DNA from: an uncultured Acidobacteriota bacterium
Lineage (GTDB): Bacteria; Acidobacteriota; Blastocatellia; RBC074
Length of the DNA stretch: 64,000 bases
Assembly (NCBI GenBank): GCA_963796275.1
Contig: CAWCKY010000006.1
Location: 1,504,001-1,568,000, forward strand
Reading direction: 5' to 3'
The notes below the pieces were generated by a model. The model was not told where the DNA came from and ran no database searches. It saw nothing but the letters and a program-made list of their open reading frames with translations. Shown in pieces: positions 36,988-50,844 of this stretch. Made by a program: the position numbers and the translations under genes. Numbering within the stretch: position 1 is the stretch's first letter; each line of letters starts with the position of its first letter.

Positions 36988-38119
36988 ATGCAGGTTCGAA
37001 TGTCGGTACTCAAGACGCTCACTATTTTTTTGATCGCATCGGCAAGCATATTGGCGATCCAGCGGGTGGTCGCCCAAGTACCCGCCGCAGGCGCCGCAGC
37101 CGCCGCAACCGAAACAAACGGGGCAGGGGGCCAGCAAAGATCAAAAAGACAAAGATAGAAAAGGGGCGCAGCGTCAGGGTGCACAGGCCGAAGACCAAAC
37201 GACCGACCCCGAAGGAACCATTAAACTCGACACAGACCTCGTCAACCTGGACGTGACCGTGGTCGATCAGGACAATCAGCCGATCTTTGATGTGAAGAAA
37301 GAGGATTTCACAGTTTTCGAGGATAAGATTAAGCAGACGATCGACAGTATCAGCCGCGAGGAAGTCCCGCTAAGCTTCGGCGTAGTGATCGACACATCAG
37401 GCAGCATGCGGGCGAAACTGCAGACCGTCTCGGATGCCGCTCTCGATTTGATTAAACAGATGAGGGCAGACGACGAAGCCTTCCTCTCGCAATTCAAGGC
37501 CGAGCCCGAGCTGGTTCAGGATTTCACCAGCGATAAACGCGAGCTCGAAGAGGCCCTCGGTGAGCTCTTCACGAGCGGCGGGACCGCCTTGCTGGATGCG
37601 ATCATCGCGACAGCCGACTACGCTCAGGAGAAAGCCAATACGCGCGACGGCCAACGCCGCCGCAAAGCCCTGATCGTGATCTCGGATGGTCTGGAAAAGA
37701 ACAGTTCGGTCAAAGAGAAAGAGGTACTGGAGGCCCTTAAAGAAGACGAAGTGCAGGTTTATCTGGTCGGATTCATCGATGAAGAGGACGAAGGGAAGAG
37801 TTTGTTCGGGAAATCTACCTCCAAGAAAGCCAAGGAACTGCTCTCGCGTCTGGCTGAAGATTCGGGCGGCCGCGCCTTCTTTCCGAAAGAGCTGAGCGAG
37901 ATGAAGGCCATTGCCAATCAGATCGCCAAAGACCTGCGCACACAATACATCGTCAGCTATTACCCGACTAATGATAAACGTGATGGCACTTTCCGCGCGG
38001 TCAAAGTCACGATCGAGCAGAAAGGCAGTCGAAAGATGATTGCACGTACGCGCAATGGCTATTATGCGCGAGATACTAAAGGACAGTTACCCACGGCCAA
38101 AAAAGCACGAGGCAAATAA
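36988..38119 (+). CDS. VWA domain protein (Acidobacterial VWFA-related); +1 frameshift at about 37081-37083
   Basis: RBS AAGGAG and signal peptide from 36988. The next frame gives a Pro/Gln linker, [31 protein letters not shown]. Confidence 0.85.
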
Positions 38120-38214
38120 TAATTGATAATTGATAATTGATAATTGATAATTCGTAGATTCTGTGGCTAACAGTTAATACGAACTATCAACTATCAATTA
38201 TCAACTATCAATTA

Positions 38215-38217
<3 letters not shown>
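38117..38217. repeat. Inverted heptamer array (TAATTGA)x4 / (TCAAYTA)x4, 40-bp stem between convergent genes
   Basis: Arms 38117-38156 and 38178-38217 are complementary except at three positions; probable bidirectional terminator. Confidence 0.92.
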
Positions 38218-39360
<1,143 letters not shown>

Positions 39361-39478
39361 CGATTGTTCCCCCTTCTGATAAATGCCGGTTATAATTCAA
39401 TAAAAAAGAAATATAACGGGAAAGAGGCAGTGAAACAAACAGAAAATGAATAAACAGAATGGTAGTTGAGGGTGGAAA

Positions 39479-40852
39479 ATGTATGGTATTAAGACCAGAC
39501 TCGATGAATCGCTTCGTTCGCGCGATTTCACAGGGCTCCGCGAGGCGTTGGAGAAGCTGCCGCCTGCGGAGGTGGCCCATCTGATTGGTGAATTACAGGG
39601 CGAGCAGCAGGTTCCCGTCTTCCGCGTTCTGCCTCGTAAAACAGCCGCCGCCGCATTCGCATATCTCCCGCTTGAGAAACAAGAGGAATTGTTGAGATCT
39701 CTGGGGCAGGAAGATGTCGCCGCGATACTCAACGAGATGTCGCCTGATGACCGCACCTCGTTGCTCGAGGAACTGCCGGCAGCGGCGACCAGACAGCTCT
39801 TATCGTTGCTCGATGAACGAGCGCGATCCGTCGCCCTCGACCTGCTGGGGTACCCAGAGGGCAGCGTCGGGCGGCTGATGACGCCTCATTACATAGCAGT
39901 TGATCAGGATTGGACGGTGCAGCAGGTGCTCGACTATATCAGGCAGCACGGGCATGACAGCGAAACGCTCAATCTGATTTTCGTCGTGGATAGCCACGGC
40001 ATACTGATCGACGATATCCGCATACGCAAGTTTCTGCTCTCAGACCCGGAGCGGCGCGTAAATGAGCTGATGGACGGCATTTTCACGGCGCTAAAGGCGA
40101 CGGACGATCGCGAGACGGCGGTGAACGTCTTCCGAAAGGCCGACCTCGCGGCATTGCCGGTGACCGATTCGGACGGTGTGCTTATCGGTATCGTGACGAG
40201 CGATGATATGCTCGATGTCGCGGAAGAACGTGCAACCGAGGATATTCAGATGGTCGGCGGCTCGGAGGCGTTCGATGAACCGTATATGAAGATCGCCTTC
40301 CCCAGAATGGTGAGAAAGCGAGCCGGATGGTTAGTGCTTCTCTTCGCGGGCGAGATGTTGACGGCAACGGCCATGGGCTTTTTCGAAAAGGAGATCGAGC
40401 GCGCCGTCGTACTTGCGCTCTTCGTTCCTTTGATCATCTCAAGCGGCGGCAACTCCGGGTCGCAGGCTGCAACGCTGGTGATTCGCGCGCTCGCGCTGGG
40501 GGAAGTGACGCTGCGAGATTGGTGGAAAATCATGCGTCGCGAAGTTTTTTCCGGTCTGGCGCTCGGGACGATTCTCGGCGGCATGGGTTTTCTTCGAATT
40601 GCGATCTGGTCTCTGTTCTCGAATCTTTACGGTTCGCATTGGCTGCTCGTGGCGATCACGGTCGGCATTGCCCTGGTCGGAATCGTATTGTGGGGAACTC
40701 TGGCCGGCTCGATGCTGCCCATAATCCTGCGCCGGTTCGGATTTGATCCGGCGGTCTCGTCGGCGCCGTTCGTCGCGACCCTGGTGGACGTGACGGGGCT
40801 GGTAATCTATTTCAGCGTAGCGATGGTCATTTTACGTGGGACATTGTTGTAG
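39479..40852 (+). CDS. mgtE: Magnesium transporter MgtE
   Basis: MgtE N-domain, CBS pair, KRAGWL, GGNSGSQ, DPAVSSAPFVATLVDVTG. Confidence 0.95.
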   Translation: MYGIKTRLDESLRSRDFTGLREALEKLPPAEVAHLIGELQGEQQVPVFRVLPRKTAAAAFAYLPLEKQEELLRSLGQEDVAAILNEMSPDDRTSLLEELPAAATRQLLSLLDERARSVALDLLGYPEGSVGRLMTPHYIAVDQDWTVQQVLDYIRQHGHDSETLNLIFVVDSHGILIDDIRIRKFLLSDPERRVNELMDGIFTALKATDDRETAVNVFRKADLAALPVTDSDGVLIGIVTSDDMLDVAEERATEDIQMVGGSEAFDEPYMKIAFPRMVRKRAGWLVLLFAGEMLTATAMGFFEKEIERAVVLALFVPLIISSGGNSGSQAATLVIRALALGEVTLRDWWKIMRREVFSGLALGTILGGMGFLRIAIWSLFSNLYGSHWLLVAITVGIALVGIVLWGTLAGSMLPIILRRFGFDPAVSSAPFVATLVDVTGLVIYFSVAMVILRGTLL

Positions 40853-41013
40853 TTGGCCGATGAGATTGTCCCGAGAGATGCTGCGATAAATTCACAAAGA
40901 GTCGACCACTAAGTTTCGATAACAAAAGTATGTTGATCGCATACGTTGATCGCGTATACGCGGGAGGTTATTATACGAATAGTGAACAATGACTAACGGG
41001 AAAGGCTAGTGCT

Positions 41014-42090
41014 ATGGAACTCCCTCGTCTCCTGAGTACGCGACTCATTTTCCTCGCAGTTATTATCGCGGCAGGCTGGGCGATGTTCGTAACCTCAGGT
41101 CTTGTGCTCGGCCAAAGCGGCCGTGGAGCGGCGCCGGAAAAAAAGAAGCGAGGTCCCGTCAAATCGCGAGTGCCTGAGCCTCGGCCGACACGATTACAGG
41201 AGCAACCCCCCCAAGATAGCGGCGTTTCGATCCGGATCAACAGCGATCTGGTGACGGTCGTTACGACCATTGCAAGGAAGTCTCATAATGCTCCGCTCGA
41301 GCTGAGCCGCGAAGATTTCGAGGTCCTGGAAGACGGCATTCCGCAAGAGATCGCCAACTTTGCGCGGGAAGCCGAGCAGCCGTTGCAGATGGTCATGCTC
41401 TTCGATACGAGTCTGAGCGTTTCGCAGAAGATCGAATTCGAGCGGCGAGCCGCTGCCAAATTCTTCGAACGGGTGATGCGTCCGCAGGATCGCGCCGCTC
41501 TGGTTGCGTTTTCGACCGACATCGAAGTCCTGCAGGGGTTCACCGGCAAAGTCCCATTGCTGGTGGAGGCTGTGAAGCAACTCTGGGCGCAGGGAGCGAC
41601 CTCGCTTTACGACTCGGTATATCAGGCTGCCGATTACCTCAAACCCACACAGGGGCGGCGCGTGATAGTCATAGTTTCAGACGGCGGCGATACGACCAGC
41701 CAGCGGCCCTTACTGGACGCGCTCGGGAACGCGCAGCGATCAGATGCCATGATCTTCGCCGTCTTTACCGGTAACCGGAATATGTCGGAGAATCTGCGCG
41801 ACCTGGCGGGAGAACGCGCCCTTGAAACCCTGACCACCGAGACCGGCGGAACCCTCTATCGACCGATAGCAACACCGGGCACTCAGGGAAAAGAGACCGA
41901 CGAACTATCGATCAGAGAACTCGATCTGGCCTTCTATAATCTGGCCGAACAACTCCGCACGCAATATACACTGGGATTCTACTCAACTAACGACAAGAGA
42001 GACGGCTCCTTCCGAAAACTCGCAGTGAGGATCAAGAGGCCGGGCTACACGACGCGCGCTCGCAAGGGGTATTACGCGCCGAAGGGATGA
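41014..42090 (+). CDS. VWA domain protein (Acidobacterial VWFA-related)
   Basis: Signal peptide, SDLVTV, DTSLS MIDAS, TSLYD, VSDGGD, RARKGYY. Confidence 0.87.
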   Translation: MELPRLLSTRLIFLAVIIAAGWAMFVTSGLVLGQSGRGAAPEKKKRGPVKSRVPEPRPTRLQEQPPQDSGVSIRINSDLVTVVTTIARKSHNAPLELSREDFEVLEDGIPQEIANFAREAEQPLQMVMLFDTSLSVSQKIEFERRAAAKFFERVMRPQDRAALVAFSTDIEVLQGFTGKVPLLVEAVKQLWAQGATSLYDSVYQAADYLKPTQGRRVIVIVSDGGDTTSQRPLLDALGNAQRSDAMIFAVFTGNRNMSENLRDLAGERALETLTTETGGTLYRPIATPGTQGKETDELSIRELDLAFYNLAEQLRTQYTLGFYSTNDKRDGSFRKLAVRIKRPGYTTRARKGYYAPKG

Positions 42091-42093
42091 GAT

Positions 42094-42128
42094 TCAGGGC
42101 TGACCGCCATCACATGGGCCAGCCCTGA
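42094..42128. terminator. Stem-loop between convergent genes
   Basis: TCAGGGCTG ... CAGCCCTGA 9-bp stem. Confidence 0.6.
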
Positions 42129-42138
42129 TTAGTTCAAA

Positions 42139-45100
42139 TCAGAATGTGAACTTCAACGCGAATTGAAGCTGCCGCGACGAGCCGGAATCACCGGTCGGGA
42201 AGCGCGTATTCGTGATCTGTCCGAAGGTGGTGCCGGGCATGCGGACCGGCTGGCCGAAGTTCGCGTGGTTGAACAGATCGAATATCTCGGTACGGAATTG
42301 AACATTCAGGCGTTCGGTGACCTTGGTGTTCTTGAGCACCGAGAAATCCACGTTGTGAAACCCGGGGCCGATCACGACGTTGCGGCCCAGGTTCCCGAAA
42401 TGAGCTGTTGGCGATGTCGGTGACACAAAGGCCGAGGTGTCGAACCACCGATTGGGATCCTCGAGAATAGTGATCGGGCCAACCTGATCAACCCTGACCG
42501 TGTTTGGAATACCGGTAAAGCCGGCGCCTCCGATGACGAGGTTGACCGGGTTACCGCCCTGCGATTGAACGATGGTCGAAAGCTGCCATCCCTCGACGAG
42601 GCGACTGCCGCGCAACGGCAGTTCATACAACGCGTTGATGACAAATCGGTGACGCGCGTCGAAGTCCGATAGACCGCGATCGTTGCGCACATCATAGCTG
42701 TTCTGCACGACCACGCCCTGCGAGTTGAGAGAGTTGTAGTCGATGGACTTCGAGAAAGTGTATGAGGCGTTGAACTGCAGACCTCGCGCGAGCCGTTTGT
42801 TGGCGGTCACCCACAACGCATTATAACTGGAGTTGCCCGGGCTGCTGATCTCAGTGATATTGTTGAGCATCGCGCCGGGACTGATGGGGCTGCTAGCCGA
42901 GAGTGCGGTGAATGGCGCGCGCACCGCCATTGATCGGCTGATTGACATTGCGCGACATGCGCAGGTGAGTCCCCTTCGCGCCGAAGTAGCCGATAGTCAC
43001 TCCCAGCCCATCTGTGATTTCGCGCTGGAGATTCAGGTTCCATGACTGAACGTAGGCGTTGTCGAAATCGGAATCTACGCTCTGTGGCGCAAGTCCGGCA
43101 GCCAAGGCTCTAGCCTGTGCGTTAGCGAACGTGATAGGTACCGGATTAGGATTGGTGAGACTGGGAGGTACCGCGGTGACATTGAGCGGTGTGGCCAGAT
43201 TCGGATTCCCTGCAGTTGGCGCCACGACATTTGTCACCGGCTGATCGACGAGAATCGCATACGCGGCGCGCACTGAAGTCTTCCCATCTTTGAATGGATC
43301 CCACGCGAAGCCGAAGCGTGGCTGGAAATTCTTGTTGTTCTGCTTATATATCTGATCAAGGCCCGATCCGATGCGCACGAGCGAGACCGTCTGCGGATCG
43401 AACACCACGAACCGATCATATCTCTCGCTCGGCGTCATGTTCCAATCATAACGCAAGCCCAATTCAAGGGTCAGATTCGGCCGCACCTTGAAACTGTCCT
43501 GCCCGAAGAAGCCAAGCGCTCCGGTGCCGATTGCGCTAGATCGATCGCCTAGGATTACCTGAAACGAATTGGCAGTGCCGAGAATGAAATTGTCCATCCC
43601 CGTGCGTATGAGTCTATTAGTGACGGGATCGCGCGTCTCCGTGAAGTTGAAGAGGCCCGAGTCGAGCGTGAAGTTATTATTGTAGAAACGGCGGAACTCG
43701 CCGCCGAACCTGAATGAATGGTTGCCGCGCAGGTAATTGAGCGTGTTGGAGAAGACGACGGTAGTGTCCGCGCGCCCTTGCGGGAAATTCTGGGGGCCGC
43801 CAATGTTGAAGTTACCACCGGGAATATTGATCTGCGGCAGCCCGATCGGTGCGTTGACGCCATTGTTGATGCCGAAGTCAGCCGGATTTTGCTGCGCGTT
43901 TGGCGTAAATGTGATGTTAATGCGGTTAAAACCCAGACGCGCCTCGTTGACCAGCGTCGGACTGAATGTGTGCGTCTCGTTGAGAGTGAATATCTGTCGA
44001 CGCGACTCGCGCGTGTCGCCGAAACCGGGGAGAGTATTGTTTTGTAAAATCGGCTCGCCGCGTTTGTCCCGCTGGATGGCGTAGTAACCGTGCAGCCGGT
44101 CATTGACTCCCAGAGTATGGCTAACATCGCCAGTCCACTGGTCGATATCGACAGGCGCCGTGCCGGAGCCGAAGAAGCGGCCAGTCGGCACACCGTTCAC
44201 TGTATCAACGCTTTGAGCACGCGGGATGAGGTTCAACAAGTTGAGGACTGCGGGATCAGTCGCCGCCGCTCTTTGCGCATCGGTCGGGACATTGCTGTTG
44301 AGCGTCAAGCCCTGACGCTGGCGCAGTCCTTCATAGCTGAAAAAGAAGAAGGTCTTCTCCTTGATGATCGGCCCGCCGAGCGCTGCCCCGAATTGATTGC
44401 GTTTGAAGGGCGGTTTATTGGCCTTGCCGTCACCGTCAGTATCGTTCCGGTCGAAGAAATTGCGCGCATCCAGCGCGTCGTTGCGTATGAACTCGAAAAC
44501 TTCACCGTGAAACTGATTGGCGCCGGAGCGCGTTGCGATGTTGACGATCGCCCCGGAGTTGCGCCCGTATTCGGCGCTGTATGTCGAGTTATCAACCTTG
44601 AACTCCTGCACGGTGTTGATCGACGGCTGGAACGTGATCTGGTTCTGAGACATATCGTTCAGGTTTATGCCGTTGATCATGAAGTTCACCGTGTCTTCAC
44701 GCGCTCCGGCAGTATTGAAAGCGAACGATCCCTGACCGCGCAGCGGAGCGGTTAAAAAGCCATTTTGCGGAGGTGTGACCGATCCGGGGATAAGCAGGCC
44801 CAGATCGACGAAGTGACGGCCATTGAGCGGAATCTCCTGGACGGTCTTCTGGTTGATCACCTGGCCAACAGTCACCGTGGCCGTTTCAATCGTCTGAGAG
44901 TCCGACGTTACATTAACTTCCTGCGTTACGTCTCCTACCTTGAGCTGGAAATTCTGCACTACGATCCGGCTGACTTCGACTATGACGTTGGATGCGACCT
45001 GCGGACCAAAGCCGCCTGCCTGAACATCGACGCGGTAGACTCCTACCGGTAAAGCCGCGACCTGGTAATTACCCTCACTGTCGGTTTGAACCGTCCGTTC

Positions 45101-45280
45101 GACTCCGGTGGCCTGGTTGCGTACAACGACCTTGGCGTTCGCCACGACCGCACCTGACTGATCCTTCACCGTGCCTTGTAATGTGGCAGTAGACTGTGCC
45201 AATACGGATAAAGCGGCAAATGACGAAAAGACCGCTGCCAATAAAAGGCTCCTTATTATTAGGATATTACTCCTCTCCAT
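42139..45280 (-). CDS. TonB-dependent receptor (carboxypeptidase-regulatory N-domain, Oar-like); +1 frameshift at about 42916-42926
   Basis: Signal peptide, IPLNGRHF, SAEYGR, RNQFG, LGLRYD. The C-terminal FNHANF..RQLQFALKFTF is in the second frame. Confidence 0.9.
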
Positions 45281-45375
45281 TGTCTCTTTCCTTCCTTTCG
45301 CATGTGTGCAATGCAGTCTGTGTGTTTAACAATAATATTTTCAATAGATTGAGTGGGTCGACCGCGTTTCTGGAT

Positions 45376-45392
45376 TGCAATTATTAGACCAG
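45376..45392 (-). promoter_or_regulatory. Putative sigma-54 (-24/-12) promoter for the TonB receptor
   Basis: Minus strand CTGGTCTAATAATTGCA (GG-N10-GC) about 95 nt upstream of the ATG. Confidence 0.45.
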
Positions 45393-45508
45393 ATGATGGG
45401 GGAGAGGAAAATGGCTAATTTATAGGACTTTCAATTTGAGAGATTGGACGTGGGGATTTAGCTTTCTGCATTTCTCCAAAATTTCGGATACTGACAGGTT
45501 CCAATTTC

Positions 45509-45570
45509 TAGTTTTCAGTTTTCAGTTTTCGGTAATGATTTCCCAACTGAAAACTGAAAACTGAAAACTA
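45509..45570. repeat. Inverted heptamer array (CAGTTTT)x3 / (AAAACTG)x3
   Basis: 25-bp stem (45509-45533 / 45546-45570) with one mismatch, immediately after the amidohydrolase stop. Confidence 0.92.
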
Positions 45571-45578
45571 ACTTGTGG

Positions 45579-46916
45579 TTACTTCCTGTCCTTAAACTTC
45601 TCGTTCAGCCGCGTATGTTTGTTCGACAGATCAACGGGATGGCCGTTGATGAACATATGCTTGACCTTCGTCCGGAATTCGAGAATATCGCCGTCGGTAA
45701 CTACCAGATTGGCGATCTTGCCGGTTTCAATACTTCCGACCAGTTTATCCGCGCCGAATATCTGCGCCGGATAGAGCGTAATACCTTTTAACGCTTCTTC
45801 CTTGGGCAGCCCGAATGCTGCCGCCGTACCGGCATGATACGGCAGAAGACGCACGTCGGAGGCGGTACCCGTTGAGAAGGCGAACTTCACTCCGGCCTTT
45901 TGCAGCTCGGCTGCGCGCGCGTAAACGCTGTCGTAAGGGTCATCTTCCGCGTTCGGCAGATCGAGCACCGGGCCCAGCACTACCGGAATATTCTTTTCTT
46001 TTAGCAGCTTTGCGACCTTTACGGCACTCTCGCCGCCGCCGCCAATGATCAGTTTGAGCTTATATTTATCGGCCAGGTCGATAGCGCCCATGATCTCGCG
46101 TTCGCCGTTGGCATCTATCAAGACCGGGACATTTCCCTTGATCACCGGGATCAGTGCTTCGAGACCGAGGTCGATGGGATGAGCGGGAATATTCTTGTCG
46201 GCGACGACCGCTTCTCTTGCTTTGGCGTAAGCTTGCGCTTCTTCAAGTTTTTTGCGCATGCTCTCGATCTGGCGTTCCCGCTGCTGGCGCTGTTGTTCGC
46301 CCGACTGGCCCTGGCCACGGCCGAATCCGCCGCGCCGCCCGCCAGCGGCGAGCACCGGGTAGATCATCTGCATCGCGGACGGTGCCAGCAGTTTCATCTC
46401 CTGAGGGGTCCATCCATCAAGGCTGATCAACGCGCATTGTCCCGCGATGATCCCGCCCTGCGGGCACGTGATCGCTGCCGTCACCCCGTTCATCCGCGCG
46501 ACCGGTATCAGCTCGCTGTGCGGATTGACCGCTGTCAGGGCTTTCATATTCGCCTTGAAATCCCCCAGTTCTGTCGTGTCGACCGTGGCATTGACCCGGC
46601 CGACTTCCACTAATCCGAGCGTAGTATTCGAATCGATGAGTCCGGGGTAGACGCTCAAACCCTGAGCATCGATCACTTTAGCATTTCCCGGAATACTAAC
46701 GTTTGCACCCACTGCCGCAATCTTACCGTCTTTTATTAACACAGTGCCGCGCTCGATCGTCGCACCGCTCACGGTGACGATCTTGGCGTTGCGGATGGCG
46801 AATATGCCCTGCTCGGATTTCGATTGGGCAAAGGAGATGCCAAAGGCCAATACTATGAGGCAAACGGCGAACGCGGGAGCGTTTCGTGATTGCCTGGTCA
46901 AATTCAATGTATTCAT
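45579..46916 (-). CDS. Secreted amidohydrolase-family protein (lacks HxH metal motif)
   Basis: Signal peptide, [23 protein letters not shown] amidohydrolase framework. Confidence 0.85.
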   Translation of the reverse strand: MNTLNLTRQSRNAPAFAVCLIVLAFGISFAQSKSEQGIFAIRNAKIVTVSGATIERGTVLIKDGKIAAVGANVSIPGNAKVIDAQGLSVYPGLIDSNTTLGLVEVGRVNATVDTTELGDFKANMKALTAVNPHSELIPVARMNGVTAAITCPQGGIIAGQCALISLDGWTPQEMKLLAPSAMQMIYPVLAAGGRRGGFGRGQGQSGEQQRQQRERQIESMRKKLEEAQAYAKAREAVVADKNIPAHPIDLGLEALIPVIKGNVPVLIDANGEREIMGAIDLADKYKLKLIIGGGGESAVKVAKLLKEKNIPVVLGPVLDLPNAEDDPYDSVYARAAELQKAGVKFAFSTGTASDVRLLPYHAGTAAAFGLPKEEALKGITLYPAQIFGADKLVGSIETGKIANLVVTDGDILEFRTKVKHMFINGHPVDLSNKHTRLNEKFKDRK

Positions 46917-46946
46917 CTCTACTCCGCGGTAAAGGTAATAAATTCT

Positions 46947-46970
46947 GAACAGGTCAGAAACCTGCCCTAC
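46947..46970 (-). repeat. GTAG-type REP-like palindrome
   Basis: Minus strand GTAGGGCAGGTTTCTGACCTGTTC, single intergenic copy. Confidence 0.55.
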
Positions 46971-46991
46971 ATATGAGTCCCGGTCGCATTT

Positions 46992-49823
46992 TCATCGTCG
47001 ATGTGGATGTGGATCATCTTCTTCCGGACCGAGCGTCGGGATGACCGCCGAACCGGCCTGCGTCGGCTGCAACTGCTGCGGAGACCTTCTCTCGCGCTCG
47101 ATCAGCTCTCTCTTTTCCTTAACGAGCAGATCACGGTCCTTGAGGTCTTCGTTGCGATCGAAGTAGATTTCGCCCTCGACCATCGTCATCTCAGGGCGGG
47201 AATAGATGCTGAACGGATGGCCGTTGAAAATGACCAGGTCGGCATCCTTTCCCACGTCGATGCTCCCGATGCGATGATCGAGCCGGATTTGCATCGCCGG
47301 GTTGAGCGTCACGAGCCTCAGCGCCTCCTCTTCGGTCAGATCGCCGTACTTCATCATCTTCGCAGCCTCCTGGTAGAAACGGCGAGCATGCTCGTTGCTG
47401 TCGGAGTGGATCGAAACGACGATGCCGTGGCGCGTCATAATCGCGGCATTGAATGGAATGGCATCGTAGGCCTCCATCTTGTAAGCCCACCAGTCGGGCA
47501 GGATCGAAGCGCTTGCGCCGTGCCCGGCGATCTCCGGCGCCACCTTGTATCCTTCGAGCACGTGCTGAAGCGTGCGTAACTTGATGCCGAATTCTTCGCA
47601 CAACCGCAGGAGCATGACGATCTCATCGGCGCGGTAGCAGTGAGCATGGATGTCGACCTTACCTTTGAGGACGTCGGCGATCGCCTCGAGTTTGAGATCG
47701 CGCCGGGGAGGCAGCGGATTTCCACCGCGCGCCTTCGCAGCTTCGTAATCTTCCCATTTCTTGATGTATTCGCGGCCCTCCGTGAAGGCTTCGCGGATGG
47801 TCTCTTCGACGCCCATCCTGGTGGCGGGGAAGCGGCGCGGTGCGCCCTGAGGCGCATTGGAGTTGGATCTCTTCGGGTTCTCTCCCAGCGCAAACTTGAT
47901 AGTACGGGGCGCTTCTGCAACCTTCATCTCCTCGCCCGGCTTGCCCCACTTAAGCTTGATGATCGAATTCTGACCGCCGATCGAGTTGGCGCTGCCGTGA
48001 AGCTGATGGATGGTCGTCATCCCGCCCGCAAGCTGGCGGTAGATGTTGATCTCCGTGTCATTGATCACATCGCGCATCCGCACCATCGCCGTGACGGACA
48101 ACGAGCCTTCATTTATGTCGTCGAGCGCGGTGTGCGAATGCGAATCGACGAATCCGGGCGTTACGTACTTCCCGGTCGCATCGATGACCGTCGCATTGGC
48201 CGGCGCATTGACGTCCTTGCCGACGGCGGCGATCTTTCCGTCGCGAATGAGGATCGAGCCGTTTTCGATGGTGCCGTGCGATGCGGTCATTATCGTCGCG
48301 TTGCGGATCAGTATCTCAGCGGGAGACGGCTGCCGCGGCTGCCGTGCGGGGATGGGAGCACCAGCCGCTTCCGGGCGTTCCCCGGGTTCCCGGGTTGCCC
48401 CGGGTGTTGAATTGGATGCGGAATCAGGCGCTGGGACAGCCGCCCTTTCGCCTCGCCTGCCGCCTCCGGCTAAAGTCCCCGCGGGCCGCTGTGGTTCAGG
48501 AGGTTTTATATCCAGGAGTTTGCCGTCTATCAGGATGTTCCTGACTTTGGTCTCTCTATTGAAAATGTCGCCGGTCGCGATAAGCAGGTTGGCGATCTTT
48601 CCCGGCTCAATGCTCCCGAGCTGCTCGCTCAGGCCGAATATCTGCGCCGGGTAGATCGTCATAGCCTTGATGGCCTCTTCCTTCGGCAGCCCGGCTTCAA
48701 CCGCGCGCGCCGCGTTGACGATGTAGTCGTGCGGACGGGCGAGCGTGCCGGAATTGAATGCGAAACGCACCCCGGCTCGGTGCAGGGCGGCAGCCGCCTT
48801 CGGCGCGTCGGCGCGGTCGCGCAGAACGCGCAGGCTCTCTCTCTCGGGGTTATCGAGATTCTGCTGCCTTTGCGGATAACTCAGTGCGAGCAGCACCGTG
48901 GCATTCTTCGATTTGAGGTAATCGGCGATCTGATAACTCTGGGTGGCGCCCGCGATCATATACTTGATGTTGAACTCTTCGGCCAATCCGATCGCGCGCT
49001 GGATCTCGCGCACGCTGCTCGCATTGAAGATCACAGGCATCTCGCCATTGATCACCGGCTGCAACGTGGCGAGCGATTTGTTGACCTGGGGGCGCTGTGC
49101 CCCGCGGGGCGATTTGCTGTAACGCGCCCACTCATCGCGGTAGTGCTGCGCATCCAGCAGCGACTGGCGCAGGAACGCGAAGACGCCCATCAGCGAGCCC
49201 GGATAACCGCCGCGAGAAGTGGTGAAGCCCACGTTCAGCGAATACGGCGATTTCAATATGAGCTTCTCCGCCGCGTCGGTGCCCAGGTTGATGAGCGCGC
49301 TCTGGCCCTGGAAGACGCCGGCCCGCGGAGCGGTCAGCGCCGTCGTGATGCCGGCGGAGCGTTGCTGATCGAAGGTTGATTCGGTGATCTGAAGCTGGTC
49401 GAGTACCGTCACTTCGGGCAAGAGCCCGACGGTCGATTGGGGTGCCGTCATGCGCGCCATCATCGCCTGCTCCGGATCATCTCCGCCTGCTCGGGCGGCG
49501 GGCGTCGGCGCCGGCTTCGTGCCATAACTCGTATAGGAGTCGAAGAGGCCAGGATAAACCGTCATCCCGGTTGCATCGATCACTCGAGCGTCGCCGGGAA
49601 TGGGGATATCCGCACCGACTGCTTCGATCAAGCCATTGCGGATGACGACCGTGCCCTTCGGAATAGTGGCGCCGGTCACGGTGACGACGTTCCCGCCGCT
49701 AATCGCATAGGTTTCACCATCAAATGTAATTGCGGATGTCGGGCGAACCACAGTTGCGAAGGCTGCCGCCAATGTAAGCGCGAGAACGCAGAAAAGGGTG
49801 AGATAGTACTTTTTATTCATCAT
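46992..49823 (-). CDS. Secreted two-domain amidohydrolase-family protein
   Basis: Domain 1 has PGLFDSYT (no HxH). After a Pro/Ala linker, domain 2 has [27 protein letters not shown]. Confidence 0.88.
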   Translation of the reverse strand: MMNKKYYLTLFCVLALTLAAAFATVVRPTSAITFDGETYAISGGNVVTVTGATIPKGTVVIRNGLIEAVGADIPIPGDARVIDATGMTVYPGLFDSYTSYGTKPAPTPAARAGGDDPEQAMMARMTAPQSTVGLLPEVTVLDQLQITESTFDQQRSAGITTALTAPRAGVFQGQSALINLGTDAAEKLILKSPYSLNVGFTTSRGGYPGSLMGVFAFLRQSLLDAQHYRDEWARYSKSPRGAQRPQVNKSLATLQPVINGEMPVIFNASSVREIQRAIGLAEEFNIKYMIAGATQSYQIADYLKSKNATVLLALSYPQRQQNLDNPERESLRVLRDRADAPKAAAALHRAGVRFAFNSGTLARPHDYIVNAARAVEAGLPKEEAIKAMTIYPAQIFGLSEQLGSIEPGKIANLLIATGDIFNRETKVRNILIDGKLLDIKPPEPQRPAGTLAGGGRRGERAAVPAPDSASNSTPGATREPGERPEAAGAPIPARQPRQPSPAEILIRNATIMTASHGTIENGSILIRDGKIAAVGKDVNAPANATVIDATGKYVTPGFVDSHSHTALDDINEGSLSVTAMVRMRDVINDTEINIYRQLAGGMTTIHQLHGSANSIGGQNSIIKLKWGKPGEEMKVAEAPRTIKFALGENPKRSNSNAPQGAPRRFPATRMGVEETIREAFTEGREYIKKWEDYEAAKARGGNPLPPRRDLKLEAIADVLKGKVDIHAHCYRADEIVMLLRLCEEFGIKLRTLQHVLEGYKVAPEIAGHGASASILPDWWAYKMEAYDAIPFNAAIMTRHGIVVSIHSDSNEHARRFYQEAAKMMKYGDLTEEEALRLVTLNPAMQIRLDHRIGSIDVGKDADLVIFNGHPFSIYSRPEMTMVEGEIYFDRNEDLKDRDLLVKEKRELIERERRSPQQLQPTQAGSAVIPTLGPEEDDPHPHRR

Positions 49824-50101
49824 GGAGTAGACTCCGGAGTAGAGTTAATCGTTAGAATTTGAGTGCTTTGTGATGAATGAGAGAATCAAATTTCACTCGG
49901 TCTCCAGAGTGAAAGACGTTATAGGCAAACAGCGGTTACAACTTTTATCGCTGTCCGCCGGCTAATCTAGCCGATTCGGAACAATTTTCCAAATCTCTGC
50001 TCAGGCCGGATGATGAGATTATGTTTTAAGAAACGCAATAGGTGCGCGACCGTTCGGGTTATTCACAAATCCGTTAGGATCAGTAAATCTCTTAATCAAA
50101 T

Positions 50102-50794
50102 ATGGATGAACTACAAGTGGTCTTTTTTGATGTCGCCGGTACGCTCGTCGAACTCAATGGCAGTGTCGGTGAAATCTACGGCAGGTTCGCCCGTCGCTAC
50201 GGTATCGACCGGGACCCGTTTGTAATGTCGGATGCTTTCTCTCGCAGTTTTCGAGAGCAACCGCCGTTGGCGTTTCCGCCAGAAACATCGGAGGACGAGC
50301 TGCACATGCACGAGCGCGGCTGGTGGCGGCGCGTCGTCCTCGATGTGGTTCCCGAGTTCCCGCAATTCGATGCATTTTTCAACGAGGTGTATGAGTTCTT
50401 CAGGGGAAGGGAAGCCTGGCGGCTGTTCGATGAAGTCATTCCGACGCTGGCTGAGCTTAAGAACCGCGGCCTGCGACTGGCCATAATTTCAAACTACGAC
50501 TCTCGGATCGACGATCTGCTGCGGGACTTTGAAATAGAGCACTACTTCGATGGAGTTCATATTTCCACTCGTATCGGAGCGGCCAAACCTGATAGAGATA
50601 TTTTTCTTTCGGCCCTGAGATACCATCAAGTCGAGCCTCGATCAGCGTTACACGTAGGCGATAGCTTGCGAGAAGATTACGAGGGAGCATCGGCGGCGGG
50701 TATCCGCGCAGTACTGCTCGACCGAACCCGAAGCTCAGGTCTAAATCATCATCCTGATCGGATTACTCGTCTTGATCAGTTGATCGACTGCTGA
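50102..50794 (+). CDS. HAD-IA hydrolase (REG-2/HDHD3-like)
   Basis: FDVAGTL, ISNYD, KPDRDIF, HVGDS..EDY.GA. Confidence 0.9.
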   Translation: MDELQVVFFDVAGTLVELNGSVGEIYGRFARRYGIDRDPFVMSDAFSRSFREQPPLAFPPETSEDELHMHERGWWRRVVLDVVPEFPQFDAFFNEVYEFFRGREAWRLFDEVIPTLAELKNRGLRLAIISNYDSRIDDLLRDFEIEHYFDGVHISTRIGAAKPDRDIFLSALRYHQVEPRSALHVGDSLREDYEGASAAGIRAVLLDRTRSSGLNHHPDRITRLDQLIDC

Positions 50795-50844
50795 TTCGAA
50801 AACAAGGAGCAGAAGCAGCACCGGATGGCTTTATATTTGAGATA

